Assembly: GCA_950097015.1 (NCBI GenBank)
Contig: CATNEN010000014.1
Coordinates: 1,240,001-1,304,000 of the forward strand
Length of the DNA: 64,000 nt
From: Macrostomum hystrix
Lineage: Eukaryota; Animalia; Platyhelminthes
Direction of reading: 5' to 3'
The position numbers and the translations under genes are program-made. Below the pieces are notes generated by a model. That model saw only the letters and a list, made by a program, of their open reading frames with translations, did not search any database and was not told where the DNA came from. Numbering within the stretch: position 1 is the stretch's first letter; each line of letters starts with the position of its first letter. Shown in pieces: positions 1 to 12,300 of the stretch.

Positions 1-3000
1 TCTGGATGCAGAAGCCATCTAGCTTGGGCGGATTGTTGGTGTCATTTTTGTTTTTCACCTTCACAAACGGTGGATCCTGGATTTGATTGGTTGGCAACAT
101 TTAGCTTTACAGAGTGGAACTCAAAGCAATGAGTACAGACAAGACCTCGCTGACCTCCACGGTGGTGACGCGCAGGGTTTTGTTCTGTAACTTCTTGTGT
201 ACCTCCTCCAGCGGCTCCTTGAATGTCCGGCTGATGTTGAACCCGCTGCTCCGATCCCAGCTGCCGAGCTGAGAAGCAACCAAGAGAGAGACGCGGTCAG
301 GATGGACTTTTGTCAGAACTTTTCTGAATCAGCGCCGTGCACAAGCATACCAGTATGGAACATGCTCCTCACCATCCTGAAGCCCACAGACGTGAGCTCG
401 TAGGCCTTCAGGCTGAAGTTCACCCGCTTCCAGTCGGCGTCAAACTTCACCGGTCCCGTCAGCGTCTGCGATGAGATGTCCTCCGGGACCTTCAACGGAG
501 CATTTGCGAGCAAGTATTTCAATTAACAGCAGAAAGCCCACGGGGAGAAGGTTAGCGTGGTCTTCCCCAGCGGGAAGGTTAGCGTGGTCTTCCTTCTCTT
601 AAATGTCGAGCAGAATGGCAAGATGGTCAAGGGGAATGAAGCAAAAAGCTACTCACCGATCGCATGAAGTTAAGCAGGCTGGCGCCGTTCTGCCAGAAGC
701 GCTGACCTGAGCCGCAGGTCATCGGCTGCGGCTCCACCGGCTGCGCCCGGTTGGTGAAGTGGATGCCGTTGGCCAGCAGCACGATGCTGTCGAACACGAT
801 GGCTGCAGACATCTGCGGGTTGACGGATGCGCTGAAATACATCCGCGGAAGCCCAAAATCTGCGGGCACCACCAGAATCTGCCCAAAATCTACCACCAGA
901 ATATGCCCAAAATCGATCACCAGAATCTGCCCAAAATCCACCACCAGAATCTGCCTAAAATCCACCACCAGAATCTGCCTAAAATCCACCACCAGAATCT
1001 GCCCAAAATCCACCACCAGAATCTGCCTAAAATCCACCACCAGAATCTGCCTAAAATCCACCACCAGAATCTGCCCAAAATCCGCCACCAGAATCTGCCC
1101 GAGCACAATCACTTGAATCTGCCCAATAATAATAATTGCAGGAGAGCTGCGGGCAGTGGCGCACCATTTAGTGACACTGGACCCGCAGCCAGCGAGGAGG
1201 CAATTCTGCCCATTTCGCTGACTCCTGAGCACAAACGCACACAGATACTGTACGCAGGCACACACTCACACAGGTGTGTACATCTGCTCTGACTTTCTCA
1301 TCGTCAGGCAGTGTACACTCTCACTGTGCCTTGGAGGTTGGCCCTCTAGGGCTCAAATTGCACGACAAGCCCCCAAGCCTTCTCTCCGCGGCTGCGCCCC
1401 AAATGAATGTGGCCTCGCCGTGGAATCGAACTTAGGGACCGTGGTGCGAGAGGCAAACGCGATAACCGCTCTGCCACCGACCCCCCTGAATCTGCCCAAA
1501 TGCTTGATCAGAATCTCCCCAAATCCATCATTGGAATCTGCTCAATCATATGGTTTAAATTCGACCAATTCAACTCCAAACGTGTTTAAGTCACTCTCAC
1601 CGGCAGCATGTTCTCCAGCAGGCCACGGTACTGTGCCTTCTGGGTCTCGATGTTGAAGATCTCGGAGCGCATTCGCTCCACGGATCGGCCGCGGTCATAG
1701 TGCCCGGTCCGCGGCACCAGCGGCAGCATGGAAATTGCCGTGAAGTTGGCCGTTCGAACCACCTGGAAGTCTGACAGATCCAGTCGCTGCACGTCCTAAA
1801 AAGTTATTAAAATCATTGGACCTCGTGAACTCGGGACCTCGTGAACTCGGGACCTCGTGAACTCGGGACCTCGTGAACTCGGGACCTCGTGAACTCGGGA
1901 CCTCGTGAACTCGGGACCTCGTGAACTCGGGACCTCGTGAACTCGGGACCTCGTGAACTCGGGACCTCGTGAACTCGGGACCTCGTGAACTCGGGACCTC
2001 GTGAACTCGGGACCTCGTGAACTCGGGACCTCGTGAACTCGGGACCTCGTGAACTCGGGACCTCGTGAACTCGGGACCTCGTGACCTCGGGACCTCGTGA
2101 ACTCGGGACCTCGTGACCTCGGGACCTCGTGAACTCGGGACCTCGTGAACTCGGGACCTCGTGAACTCGGGACCTCGTGAACTCGGGACCTCGTGACCTC
2201 GGGACCTCGTGAACTCGGGACCTCGTGAACTCGGGACCTCGTGAACTCGGGACCTCGTGAACTCTCGACCTGAAGAAGGAAACTTACCCATGAAGTAAAG
2301 ATGTAGCTGTGATTTGATGACGTCATATTCATTGCTTTTGCCTGCAATTTAACGGTTTACGTTTTATTTATTTTTCTCTGTTTGTAAAGAACTTGCTCTG
2401 AAGGAGAACAGACTTTACCAATATCATAAACTTCAGCACGTCCTCCACAGGAATGTCAACCAGATATCCGAACACGCCAGCGCTCTTCAAGTCTTTCAGG
2501 ATGTACTTATAGGATCCGGACTGTTTCAACCACTGCCTGGTGATTACTGGCGTGTCCAGCCTGTTCAGCATGAGCTCATACTTCAATAGGGCTAGGGTGG
2601 AGGGTTGAAAATGCAAAAGATTTAATAATTTTGGATCGGACAATGAGATGTTTTGGGGTCGGCGGTCCAGGGAGTGAGGTTGGTGTCCTAATTGGACATG
2701 TTTTGGGGTTGGCTCTCCAGGCAGGGAGTGAGGTGGGTGTCCTAATTTGACCTGTTTTGGGGTTGGCTGACCAGGCAGGGAGTGAGGTGGGTGTCCTAAT
2801 TTGACATGTTTTGGGGTTGGCTGACCAGGCAGGGAGTGAGGTGGGTGTCCTTATTGGACATGTTTTGGGGGTGGCGGTCCAGGGAGTGAGGTGGGTGTCC
2901 TTATTGGACATGTTTTGGGGGTGGCGGTCCAGGGAGTGAGGTGGGTGTCCTTATTGGACATGTTTTGGGGGTGGCGGTCCAGGGAGTGAGGTGGGTACCA

Positions 3001-3913
3001 AGCTCAAAGTTTTTGGGGTTGGGGTGTGAGGTTTATATTAAATTTGATGATAGATTTTACGGTGAATGTCTCAGGAGACGAAGTCCATGTTAACTGTATT
3101 TTTATTGTATTCCGAAGGGCTCACTGTCAGGATTGCTGTAGATAATGGCGAAGTGGCCCCAGGTCTCCTGCGACTTGATGAAATCCTGCAGGGCCGAGCC
3201 CAGCGTGCCATGGTGCGGATTGAGATTCACTGAGTAGTGCAGCCGCCGGTTCGAGGCCCGGTAGTTCCAGTCGGCTGCGATGTGCGGCATGGTGTGGTGC
3301 TCGCACACCGAGCGCACCTGCTCGGCGGAAGCCGGGGATGTCGGTCCAATGATGGCCACGACACCCTTCTCTAGCAGCGAGCAAGCTGTGAAAATTGGTT
3401 GCAATCGTGGGTGTGAGGAGGTGCTTTGTGGGGCCTGGGTGTGAGGAGGTGCTTTGTGGGGCCTGGGTGTGAGGAGGTGCTTAATGAGCCATCAAAGCTG
3501 CCCAGCTCACCCTCTCTGGAGGCCTGGAATGAGTCGCCCGGGCTGATCCGGCGGATGTCGTGAGTCAGCGAGATGCCGTCCCGTCTGGAGGCGAAGAATT
3601 CATTGGCCTGGTCAACAGCGCGGGCCACGGCAATCTGGCGGACTTCGTCATCAGTTTCTATGATGGCACCTGATTGACGGGCAAGTCGGATCACGCGGTT
3701 CCATGGCAAAGCTTTTGTTCCGGGTGAGGTTAATAAAGGTCAAATCATGGAATGGTAGCTGCCGCAGGCCTCACCGAGTGTCAGCACAGAGCTGCGAGCC
3801 TGCCTGACAAACCGAGCAGACCGGATCGGCTCCTCGGCGGTGCATTTCGGCTGCGGCGCCAGCATCAGCAGCAGCAGCAACAGTGGCTGCGATGCACCCA
3901 GAGTCTTAGTCAT
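1..3913 (-). CDS. Ionotropic glutamate receptor, kainate-like (signal peptide, amino-terminal domain, start of S1); 3' part outside window
   Basis: Hand-spliced GT-AG exons with consistent phases: 3913-3775, 3669-3511, 3385-3125, 2591-2419, 2341-2288, 1795-1601, 812-657, 489-373, 268-155, 76-<1. Translation MTKTLGASQPLLLLLLMLAP...LGAIIE...ACSLLEKGVVAIIGP...YIFTSWDV...LTGPVKFD...LGSW...NKTLRVTTVEDPPFV...LDGFCIQ parallels GluK-type ATD and S1 motifs (ACDQLSLGVAAIFGP, YIFTTLD, LTGRITF, IVTTILEEPYV, FEGYCID). Confidence 0.9.
870..1100. repeat. 21-bp minisatellite (CCACCAGAATCTGCCYAAAAT)n, ~10-11 copies, in iGluR intron
   Basis: Direct tandem periodicity; explains the repetitive spurious ORFs at 627-1292. 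Confidence 0.95.
1127..1486 (-). mobile_element. tRNA-derived SINE, copy 1 (full length, ~360 bp)
   Basis: Minus strand starts GGGGGGTCGGTGGCAGAGCGG (A box) ... GTTCGATTCC (B box) and ends TGCAATTATTATT. Flanked by 13-bp direct repeat TGAATCTGCCCAA (1114-1126 and 1487-1499). Homologous copies at 9.9, 12.6 and 25.3 kb. Confidence 0.85.
1817..2265. repeat. 16-bp minisatellite (GGACCTCGTGAACTCG)n, ~28 copies, fills iGluR intron
   Basis: Near-perfect tandem array. Confidence 0.97.
2650..2995. repeat. ~50-54-bp minisatellite in iGluR intron
   Basis: TTATTGGACATGTTTTGGGGGTGGCGGTCC recurs at 2851, 2901 and 2951, with variant units to the left. Confidence 0.9.
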
Positions 3914-5242
3914 TAGTCTTAGACGGGGAAATCGCGTGTTGTCAAGTTGCCAGCCTCAGCGAAGGCTTTCAGTGGTCATCAAGCTGAGTGAGAGAATCCC
4001 ATGTTTGTTGGAGGCCTGAAACAGTTCACGGTTGACGTCGAAGGCTCGAGTCGTGAATTAGTCAGCAGTAGTTTTGCATAGGAAAAGACGCAACAGCAAA
4101 GCTGGGGCTTCAGCTGCTTGTGCCCGTCAACGGGGCAGAGGCGGGAGAGGGGAGCGGGCCCAGAGGGAATCTGGGGCGACCCGGCACCAGCCAGTGGCGC
4201 ACTGGGAGCGAAACCAGAGAGAGAGAGCGAGAGGGAGAAAGAGAGGCCCGGCAAAGTGCGCGTCAGGGATTTTTCCCCTACTTTTTCCTGCTGCACCGGC
4301 TTGGGAGCAGAAGAGGGCGGCCCGCGGGATGCAACAAAATCCCCTCCCACCGCGCGACCGATGGGTAGATAACAGAAGAGGCCGGGGCCGATGCGGAGAT
4401 ACGACAGTTCAGATCCCACTGGGGATTTCTGAGGATAATTACAGTCTGCCGGTCCGCCGCAGAATTGTCCCAGCACTAACTGGACCCTGGCAGCCTCGGG
4501 AGCAGGACCAGGGGGCCGGCCTCACAATGGCCTGGCAGCAATGCTTCACTACAATAGTTTGCACATGGTGGACCCCATTGCCGCCGGCCGATTAATACAG
4601 CTTATTCCTCTGTACAGGGAAAAAGCGGCTAAACTTACCTTGCGAATCGGAGCGTCTTCGATGCGTGTCCGCCTGGCTGGCCTCCCAAATGCCGGGTCCG
4701 CTGCCACTTGCTTATAAGCCTGGCTCGCTTAAAGTGTGCGGCCCAGCCCCCGTGGCAGAGGGGCTGGGGAAGTGGCCGGTGCGGCTCCTCTTCCCTAAGG
4801 ATCGCCTCAGCCAGCCAAATGGCGCGTGCAGGTGAGGGAGACAAGGGGAGAGCTATTTGGTTTGGGAGAAATTCTTGTCTGCCTTCAGCCCCTCCCCACC
4901 CCGATCGCCGCCCGACCGGATCTTCGGGAGGTTCGTCGGGCTGGATTTCTGCAGTTACTGGGCGATTTAAGTCCCATCGTTTTTGGTGGGGTAGGGGGTC
5001 CTGGAAGAGTGCTTGAACACCTACTTGGCCTCCGATTTACTTGCTTCCGCAGCTCTCTGCGAATAAATTGGAAAGACTGTGATTTACTAACTATCCAAAG
5101 TGTGTTTTCAAAGTTTCAAATCCCAAATTGCAATTCACAATCTTCAAAAACTAGCTGTGTAAATTTAAATTCAAAATAAAAGCACAGAGTTGTGCGTCTA
5201 TCAACGATGCGAATATTCAGACGTGCTACTCATGAGTAGCTT

Positions 5243-7039
5243 TCAATGCTCGCATCGTATCGGCTTCTGCTCAGGCAGCTCAACGCAGCTGGAGTTGGAC
5301 GTGGCCGCCAAGCTGATCGTCGGGGACGCCGGCAGCACTTGGATGACATTGCTGCCAACGCCCCGCTGCCGCCTGGTCCTGGCGATGAGATTGTACACCA
5401 GCTCGATGAGCTCGCACAGGCTGAGCAGGCTGCAGCCCAGGTAGATGCCCGCCGTGCCACCTAGGTCGGACACGTACGACTGCAGTGAGTAGCCCGGAGA
5501 CAGCCGAATCTGCGAGCTGCGCGACTCGTCCGTGCGCAGCGTCACCTTCAGGCCGGAGCGGGAGAAGAACTTGGCAGCCAGCATCTCCGCGGGTACAATG
5601 TTCCACATTGGTGGCTCACCCGGGAAAAATTCCACAACCCTCTGATACATGGCGGCCCAGGCCGGTCTCGAGACGCTGGGAAATGCGTCCAAGATGGTTT
5701 TCATGACGTCTAAAATCACTCGAATCTGTCCGTTCTCATTTGGCCAGTTCGCGCTAGAGACGCTGGTTTCGTACTGCCGTGTCAGGCACAGCTGCCTGCT
5801 CTGGCACAGCTGCTGGAAGTCGTTCAGCGAGGCTGTGTCGGCCATGAAGGCCTGCATGAGATTCGACTCTATGCGAGACTCGTCCAGACCGCTCACATTC
5901 AGGCAGAAGGCCAAGTTCCTGAACTCCCATGGAAGCGGGTTCACGTAGGGTGTGCAACCGTTCAGAGACAGCTGACGAGCAAACTCTGAGAAGTAGCAGA
6001 AGCTGTTGCTGTAGCGAAATGTGTACGCCGAGCCATCGTACGGATTGAAGAACTGCACGTCGGGAGCCTCGGTCAAGCACTGACCGGCGTAAGCTTCCGG
6101 ATCCTTCTTTACGTTCTGCATGCTGAGTCCGATGCTGTACGATCTGCCTGGAGCGAGCAGAAAGTTGGTCACGAACCTGCTCGGGTACTCTCCTCTCGGA
6201 GCCAGGTACAGCCTCATGCCCGTCGGTCTGTCGATTTCATACGGAGTGTCCAGATCCCAGTCGTACACAAAAGTAGTGAGGTTGTTGTACAAAGACACGA
6301 CCACACTGTTCACCTGCTGAAAGCTGTATGTTCTCAAGGGCACTAAAAAGTCAGTAAAGTACGGATCGAGAATGAACTGGAAGCTGATCTCCGAGTTGAC
6401 TTTACTCATCTCGGTGCGTCTCTGCTCGGTGAGGTCGACCTTCAGACATTTGAGGTGGTTCGGATGATAGAACGGGCTCAGCGAGACGCCCAGCTTGCTG
6501 TCATTCTTCAGCACCGTCTGCTGCTCCTTGTGCGCGAGCTGGTCCACCAGCAGGCTGTACGGCATTGACTGAATGACGGCCTTCAGTCTGTTGAGCTTCA
6601 TCTGATCGATCTGAGCCGTTGTGGCGTTCGCAAGCGACGAGTTCAGTAACCGCTGCATCGCAGAGTCGAACGTGGCGAACGTGCCGTTCATCCGGCCGTT
6701 GATGTCGGCAACAACCGAATCGGTGAGAGTCACTGAGTAGGTGCCAGACACCTGGACATTGTTGCAGAAGTAGACGTCAGGAAACTGGAAGTCCACGGAC
6801 TCGGCCTCGTAGGAAGTGCTGACCTCGCCTCTGATCAGCTTGCTTGTGAATCCGAACATGCTGAAGATGAAGACTGCCAGGAGAGCCAGGAAGGCCAGCA
6901 GCCAGCAGATCTTGACATAGAGAGGCCTCTGACCGGCGAGCCTGCTCAGACCGTGGGCTGTGGTCTCGCTTGCTGCAGATAGCAGAATCTGCGCCACTAT
7001 CGCTCCGTTGCTAGAGGTCGTGTACTTTTCAGTGGTCAT
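5243..7039 (-). CDS. DEG/ENaC (ASIC-like) sodium channel subunit, single-exon CDS, 598 aa
   Basis: Pre-TM1 HG motif (TTAHGLSRL), TM1 (ICWLLAFLALLAVFIFSMF), FPDVYFCN, Cys-rich extracellular domain, and TM2 SDLGGTAGIYLGCSLLSLCELIE with a GxS filter (GCS). Confidence 0.93.
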   Translation of the reverse strand: MTTEKYTTSSNGAIVAQILLSAASETTAHGLSRLAGQRPLYVKICWLLAFLALLAVFIFSMFGFTSKLIRGEVSTSYEAESVDFQFPDVYFCNNVQVSGTYSVTLTDSVVADINGRMNGTFATFDSAMQRLLNSSLANATTAQIDQMKLNRLKAVIQSMPYSLLVDQLAHKEQQTVLKNDSKLGVSLSPFYHPNHLKCLKVDLTEQRRTEMSKVNSEISFQFILDPYFTDFLVPLRTYSFQQVNSVVVSLYNNLTTFVYDWDLDTPYEIDRPTGMRLYLAPRGEYPSRFVTNFLLAPGRSYSIGLSMQNVKKDPEAYAGQCLTEAPDVQFFNPYDGSAYTFRYSNSFCYFSEFARQLSLNGCTPYVNPLPWEFRNLAFCLNVSGLDESRIESNLMQAFMADTASLNDFQQLCQSRQLCLTRQYETSVSSANWPNENGQIRVILDVMKTILDAFPSVSRPAWAAMYQRVVEFFPGEPPMWNIVPAEMLAAKFFSRSGLKVTLRTDESRSSQIRLSPGYSLQSYVSDLGGTAGIYLGCSLLSLCELIELVYNLIARTRRQRGVGSNVIQVLPASPTISLAATSNSSCVELPEQKPIRCEH

Positions 7040-7132
7040 GGCGCGTTTTTAGCGATTTGGCTCTGCTAGATGCGGCTGTGTTGTCAGCCCTTTAATAAAT
7101 TACATCTCAAATGGCCGTGCAAATACAGCGCC

Positions 7133-7146
7133 TTGTCCATAGCAAC
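7133..7146. promoter_or_regulatory. RFX X-box-like motif (TTGTCCATAGCAAC) between the divergent DEG/ENaC and IFT74 genes
   Basis: The right half ATAGCAAC matches the X-box consensus GTHNCCATRGNAAC and the left half has mismatches. Its CCAAT overlaps the end, and TATAAAA lies ~25 bp further on. Motif match only. Confidence 0.25.
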
Positions 7147-9327
7147 CAATGCTGCAGCGACTGCTGACTATAAAAGTGCAAACAATGTGATGCAAATCCA
7201 GCAATGATGGTGCTAAAAGCAAGGTTGGCAAACATAGAATTGTTTCAATATTGACGGCCTCATTGCTGGCTCCTCCATACTGTGTCTATGGATTTCCCGG
7301 CTTACCTCACAATAGGCTAAGCTTTGGCTAGCACATGGATGATTAGGACTATGTGAAGTATGCTGCCTGGCGCATAATAAAACTCAATGCAATGCTGCGA
7401 GTGAAATCGACATAATGAGTACGCTTATTTGCAGTAGCAAGCTGTTTCTGCTACTAGCCCATAAGTTTGTGGGCTAATAAACTGCAGTTTTGGCACATAA
7501 AATAGACTGAAACAGAAAAAAAATTGACTGAGAACTGAAACTGAGAATTTAATTACTGTGAAATCTAATTAGGATATGAAATTATGAGAATTATATTATA
7601 GTAAACGATCGAGCGTTTGATATTGTGCAAAAGGTATAGGGCTATAGGCTTAGCATAACCGGAATTGGTTAGTACCAAAATTTGAATAAATCCTCCCGAA
7701 GGGCGTTTGCTTGACTTCCTGGAAGTTTTGTTGCGCTGGCTTCAATCGTGGTTTTTTTGTCATGACTCTTCGTGGCTGTCACTGAAACAAGTATTCAGAA
7801 AATTCTATCAGAAGATTGGAATAATATTGACGACGTTTTCCGTGGCAATACTTTGGGGAGTGATGGGGAGACAGGGAGATATCGTAGCTTCTAAAATACA
7901 GTAACTATAAACATACAAAATCATTTGCAAAAATATTGCAAGTTAGAAAAAAATAGAAAAAGAGAAACACCATGCGCTTTATATAAATAAAGTGTAATGA
8001 AATATATGAAATGTAATATATAAAAAAATTAAGCCTTAAAATACGCATTGCCACTGTTACTCATATTTTAATGGAATGCTGAAAAGCCGTTTCAGGCTTT
8101 CAGATGAACTTTATGTTATGCCTTCAGTTTGAAATATGCTTTCAGGTCGAAATGAGAATAAGCCGACAGCCAGGCATACGAAAATTAACATGCTACAACG
8201 ATTACGTGACGACAGAAATTCTAAAAGCAGTTGAAACCTGCATATAGCCGGATACAGAATCTTTCATCAGACGTAGTTTTGAATAGTTTAAACAAAGTAT
8301 AGTTTATAGACAGTAAACTTTTATATAAAACGAAAATAAAAACAATTGAAATACAAGTTATTTTTTTATTCTTATAAAACTGTCATTATAGTAAATATTT
8401 CATTCATAGAGTAGAATTTACAGTAACAACTATTTATAACTCCTAAATAATGTGAATAATTTAATATACATTCCATTCTAATAAATATAATAGAATATGT
8501 TCTATTCCGCTCCGCAATGTGTTGATGTCACCTGAACCTGAATTACAAGACAGAAGGAAACGAGCAACAGAAATTATACATTAAGGATGAAACGAATGAA
8601 CAAATGGTTGATAATCACAGAATGAATTTTTGTCATGTGTATGAATTTTTCAATAATTTTTAACTTCCTAAACACTTAACTAACATAATATTGTTGGTTC
8701 AAAGTGCAAAAGTAACAGTAATAAGTTAAGTTAAGTAAATTTAAGCTCTAATACTGGATAACTTCTAATATCCAATCGTTCCTTATTTTAATTAACTTTA
8801 GCCATTTGAATTTTATAGTCTTGTTATAGTGATGCATATTATATAAACTAAAAAACTATTTAGCAAGCCTCATGTGATATTCAGATCTCAAATTAATTTC
8901 TAAAAAACAGCAAAAATCTTTTTTAAGTACCAATTTAGATTAATTCTGCATATAAACTTACAGTCTTACACTCATAAATATGCAACAGGTAGTTTAAGGA
9001 AAAGAAGAATGCTGCAGCTTTTTTTCTTGCCACAACAATGAAGAGTCAGTATGTAAGCCTAGTGCAGATGAAATTGTGTTTTTAAAAAACCAATGACACT
9101 TTCATTGTCATATAGCTTTGCATTTCACTTTGATATTTTTCTGTGTCTTTACAAACAATTTTCATAGTTTCTTTATTTTGGCTTTTATTGTTATTTTTTT
9201 ATTAAAGTTACACTTTACGTTTAGATGTTGCTTTTTAAGCCAATGTTTGTGTTACAACTTTCGCCTAACAGATACTCATACTCATTAGGACGTTAGTTAC
9301 AATCATTAATAACGGGTTTCAGTTGAC

Positions 9328-12300
9328 ATGAGCGGACGCAACACCGCCCTGCGACCTGGAACTGCCAGCCGGCTCAAAGCCGGAGCCACCCGCGTAGATG
9401 GTCGACCGTCTGGCGTTGCTGTGGGCGCGGCTGTTCAGGTGAGCTGGCTGCACGCCATTATTAAACTAAAAAATCAGTTCCGACATCGCACAATCTGTTC
9501 TTGAATCCATGGATTTTATGAGCCAAATAATTTGTTTAAACAAAATCGCCGAACCCGCAGTTCGAAGACCGGCCAATCACGCAGCAGGGCCTGGGCGGCA
9601 TGAAAGTCGGTGGCCGGGGCACGAAGCGCCAGGTGGAGGACAAAAGCTACTACCTGGGCCTGCTGCGCAGCCGCATGGCCGAGCTGGCCGGCGAGACCGC
9701 CCGGCTGCGGGCCAGCCACGAGGAGCTGCAGCGGGACAGCGGCAGCTTCGCCCAGTACGAGGGCATGGCCGAGACTCTGGCCAAGGACATCCAGGTGGGC
9801 CTCGGCCTCGTTCACTGGCCTCTCAGAATAGAAATGGAACTACACTAACCCAGTTGGGTCAGATGCTAATGCAGGGCACGACAAATAATAATAATTGCAG
9901 GGGCTGAGGGCACTGGCACATCATTTGGTGGCACTAGACGTACAGCCAGTCTTTAGGCAATTCTGGCTATTTCGCTGACTCACAGATACCGCACGCAGGC
10001 ACTCGCTGACACAGGTGTGTACATCTGCCCTGACTCTCTCATCATCAGTCAGTGTACACTGCCTGATGTGCCTTGGACGTTGGGCCTCAAGGGCGTGAAT
10101 TGCAGGTCAAGCACGCAAGCATTCTCTCTGCGGCTGCGCCTCAAATGAATGCGGCCACACCGCGGAATCGAGCTCAGGGACCTTGGTGCGAGAGGCAAAC
10201 GCGTTAACCGCTCTGCCACTCACCCCCCAGGGCGCTACAAAAGTCAGTGTACAGTTTTTCAGTCCATGGACTAGCGGGATCCTGGGGCCCGTTTCACAGC
10301 TGTTTGCTATTTCATATTATTTAATATTATTTTTTCAATTCTTTACACATGCTAATGACGAATGAACAGTAGAATGACCAGAGCGTATTTCAACTACCCA
10401 CAACTTTTCTTTTTCTGTATCTCCCAGAATGCTCAACCAATTGCCATGAAAATGCGGAACACGGGCTAAAAGTTCTCGCTATCAGATGAAACAGCTTCCA
10501 GAATCACAAAACACCGGCAGCATCAAGATATTCAACGATTCTCATCGGTTGTCTGGTGGAAAAAAAGCACCACTATAGGCATCAGTTTTGTGCTCACAAA
10601 ATCATATTTAAGCATGTCGGCTGACATTATAGATAATTAATAATTATTTTATTATTGGACCAGAGCAACTCGCCATTGATGTTTATACAAAGCAATGCTA
10701 GTTGTCCTTGTCACCAGAATCGCTGAATATCTCGACGATGCTGACGTAGGACGGCCATGAAAGTTCAGAGGTGAAAATGTTGATCCATTCGGTGGAGCAA
10801 AATGGGGACCTGGTCTGTCTACTGTTGAGCTCATCTGAGCAGCAAAACCAGTCGAAAACTTTTTGCTTTTATTCACTCCGTAGGCTCAAGCTTATTACAC
10901 CTTTTAATTGTACGCTTCTAACCTGCTCATAGTATTAGTGCTAAGTAGTAAATTACTAGTAAAGAAATTGGCAGGAAGATAAACTTTTCAGTAATAAAGC
11001 TTAGTAAAATTAATCGGCATGATAAGTAATTTACATCAAAAGAAGAGCTTTAGATCCTTACAATGAAAGCAAAACATTTTTTAGAAACCTGATTTCCCGC
11101 CCTTCTTCTCCAAATGGTCCTTCTTGCTACTTACAGTAGTCGCTCTGAAAAATAGCGCATTTAGCGAATCTGTCACGCCTGACTGAGCCACCGGCCTCAT
11201 TCGCCGCATCTCGCAGGACCTGCAAGGCCAGCTGGCGGACGCGAACACGCTTCTTGACCGGCTGAACACCGAGCAGGACTCAGCCGAGGTGCAGCTCGAG
11301 TGCGACGAGCTGCGGGGCCGCAACGAGGCGCAGGAGGCTGCCCTGGAGACCGCCTTTGAGGAGAGAAAAAAGGCCGAGGCCGACGTGGCCGCGGCGGAGC
11401 GGGAGCTGGACCAGGTGAGCACTGGGCTGAGTGACACCAGAGTGACAAGCATCACCGGAGTGACACACACAAAGGAGTGACACACACAACGGAGTGACAC
11501 ACACAACGGAGTGACACACACAACAGAGGGACACACTACATAGTGATATACACACCAGAATGGCAGACACCAGAGTGACAGAGGCAACAGAGTGACAGAG
11601 GCAACAGAGTGACAGAGGCAACAGAGTGACAGAGGCAACAGAGGCAACAGAGTGACAGAGGCAACAGAGTGGCAGAGGCAGCAGAGTGACAGAGGCAACA
11701 GAGTGACAGAGGCAACAGAGGCAACAGAGTGACAGAGGCAACAGAGGCAACAGAGTGACAGAGGCAGCAGAGTGACTGAGGCAACAGAGTGACAGAGGCA
11801 ACAGAGTGGCAGAGGCAGCAGAGTGACAGAGGCAACAGAGTGACAGAGGCAACAGAGTGACAGAGGCAACAGAGTGACAGAGACAGCAGAGCAACCTGCG
11901 TCTGCTTTCATCACGCAGGAGCGCCGCATGGCGGACTCAATGGTGGCCCGGATGCGGCCCGAGCAGCAGCGGCAGCACCGGCAGCTCCGCGAGGAGGCCG
12001 AGCGGACGGGTCGCGACCTGGAGGCCGGGCAGCGCGAGCTCGACTTGCTGCGCAGGCAGCGCGCCCGCCTGGAGGACGAGCTGTCGGGCAACCTCATCAA
12101 GCAGGAGGCCGTGCGGCTGTGCGCCCAGCTGAGGGACCTGCTGGACCGGAGGGACGCCCTGCTCGAGGACGAGCGAGCGGCCGGAGATCCCAACCAGGAG
12201 CGGGAGCGGCTGCTGAACCAGGTGGGGAACCACCGTGGGATTGGAGATCGGGATGAGATTCTGCAGTGGGATTTGGACATGGAGTTTGAGATGGGTCCCA

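Noticed and set aside
1410-1486. Possible tRNA gene (A and B boxes)
   Set aside because: The boxes run into a 360-bp repeated body with tail and TSD, and I could not fold a full cloverleaf, so it is called a SINE head.
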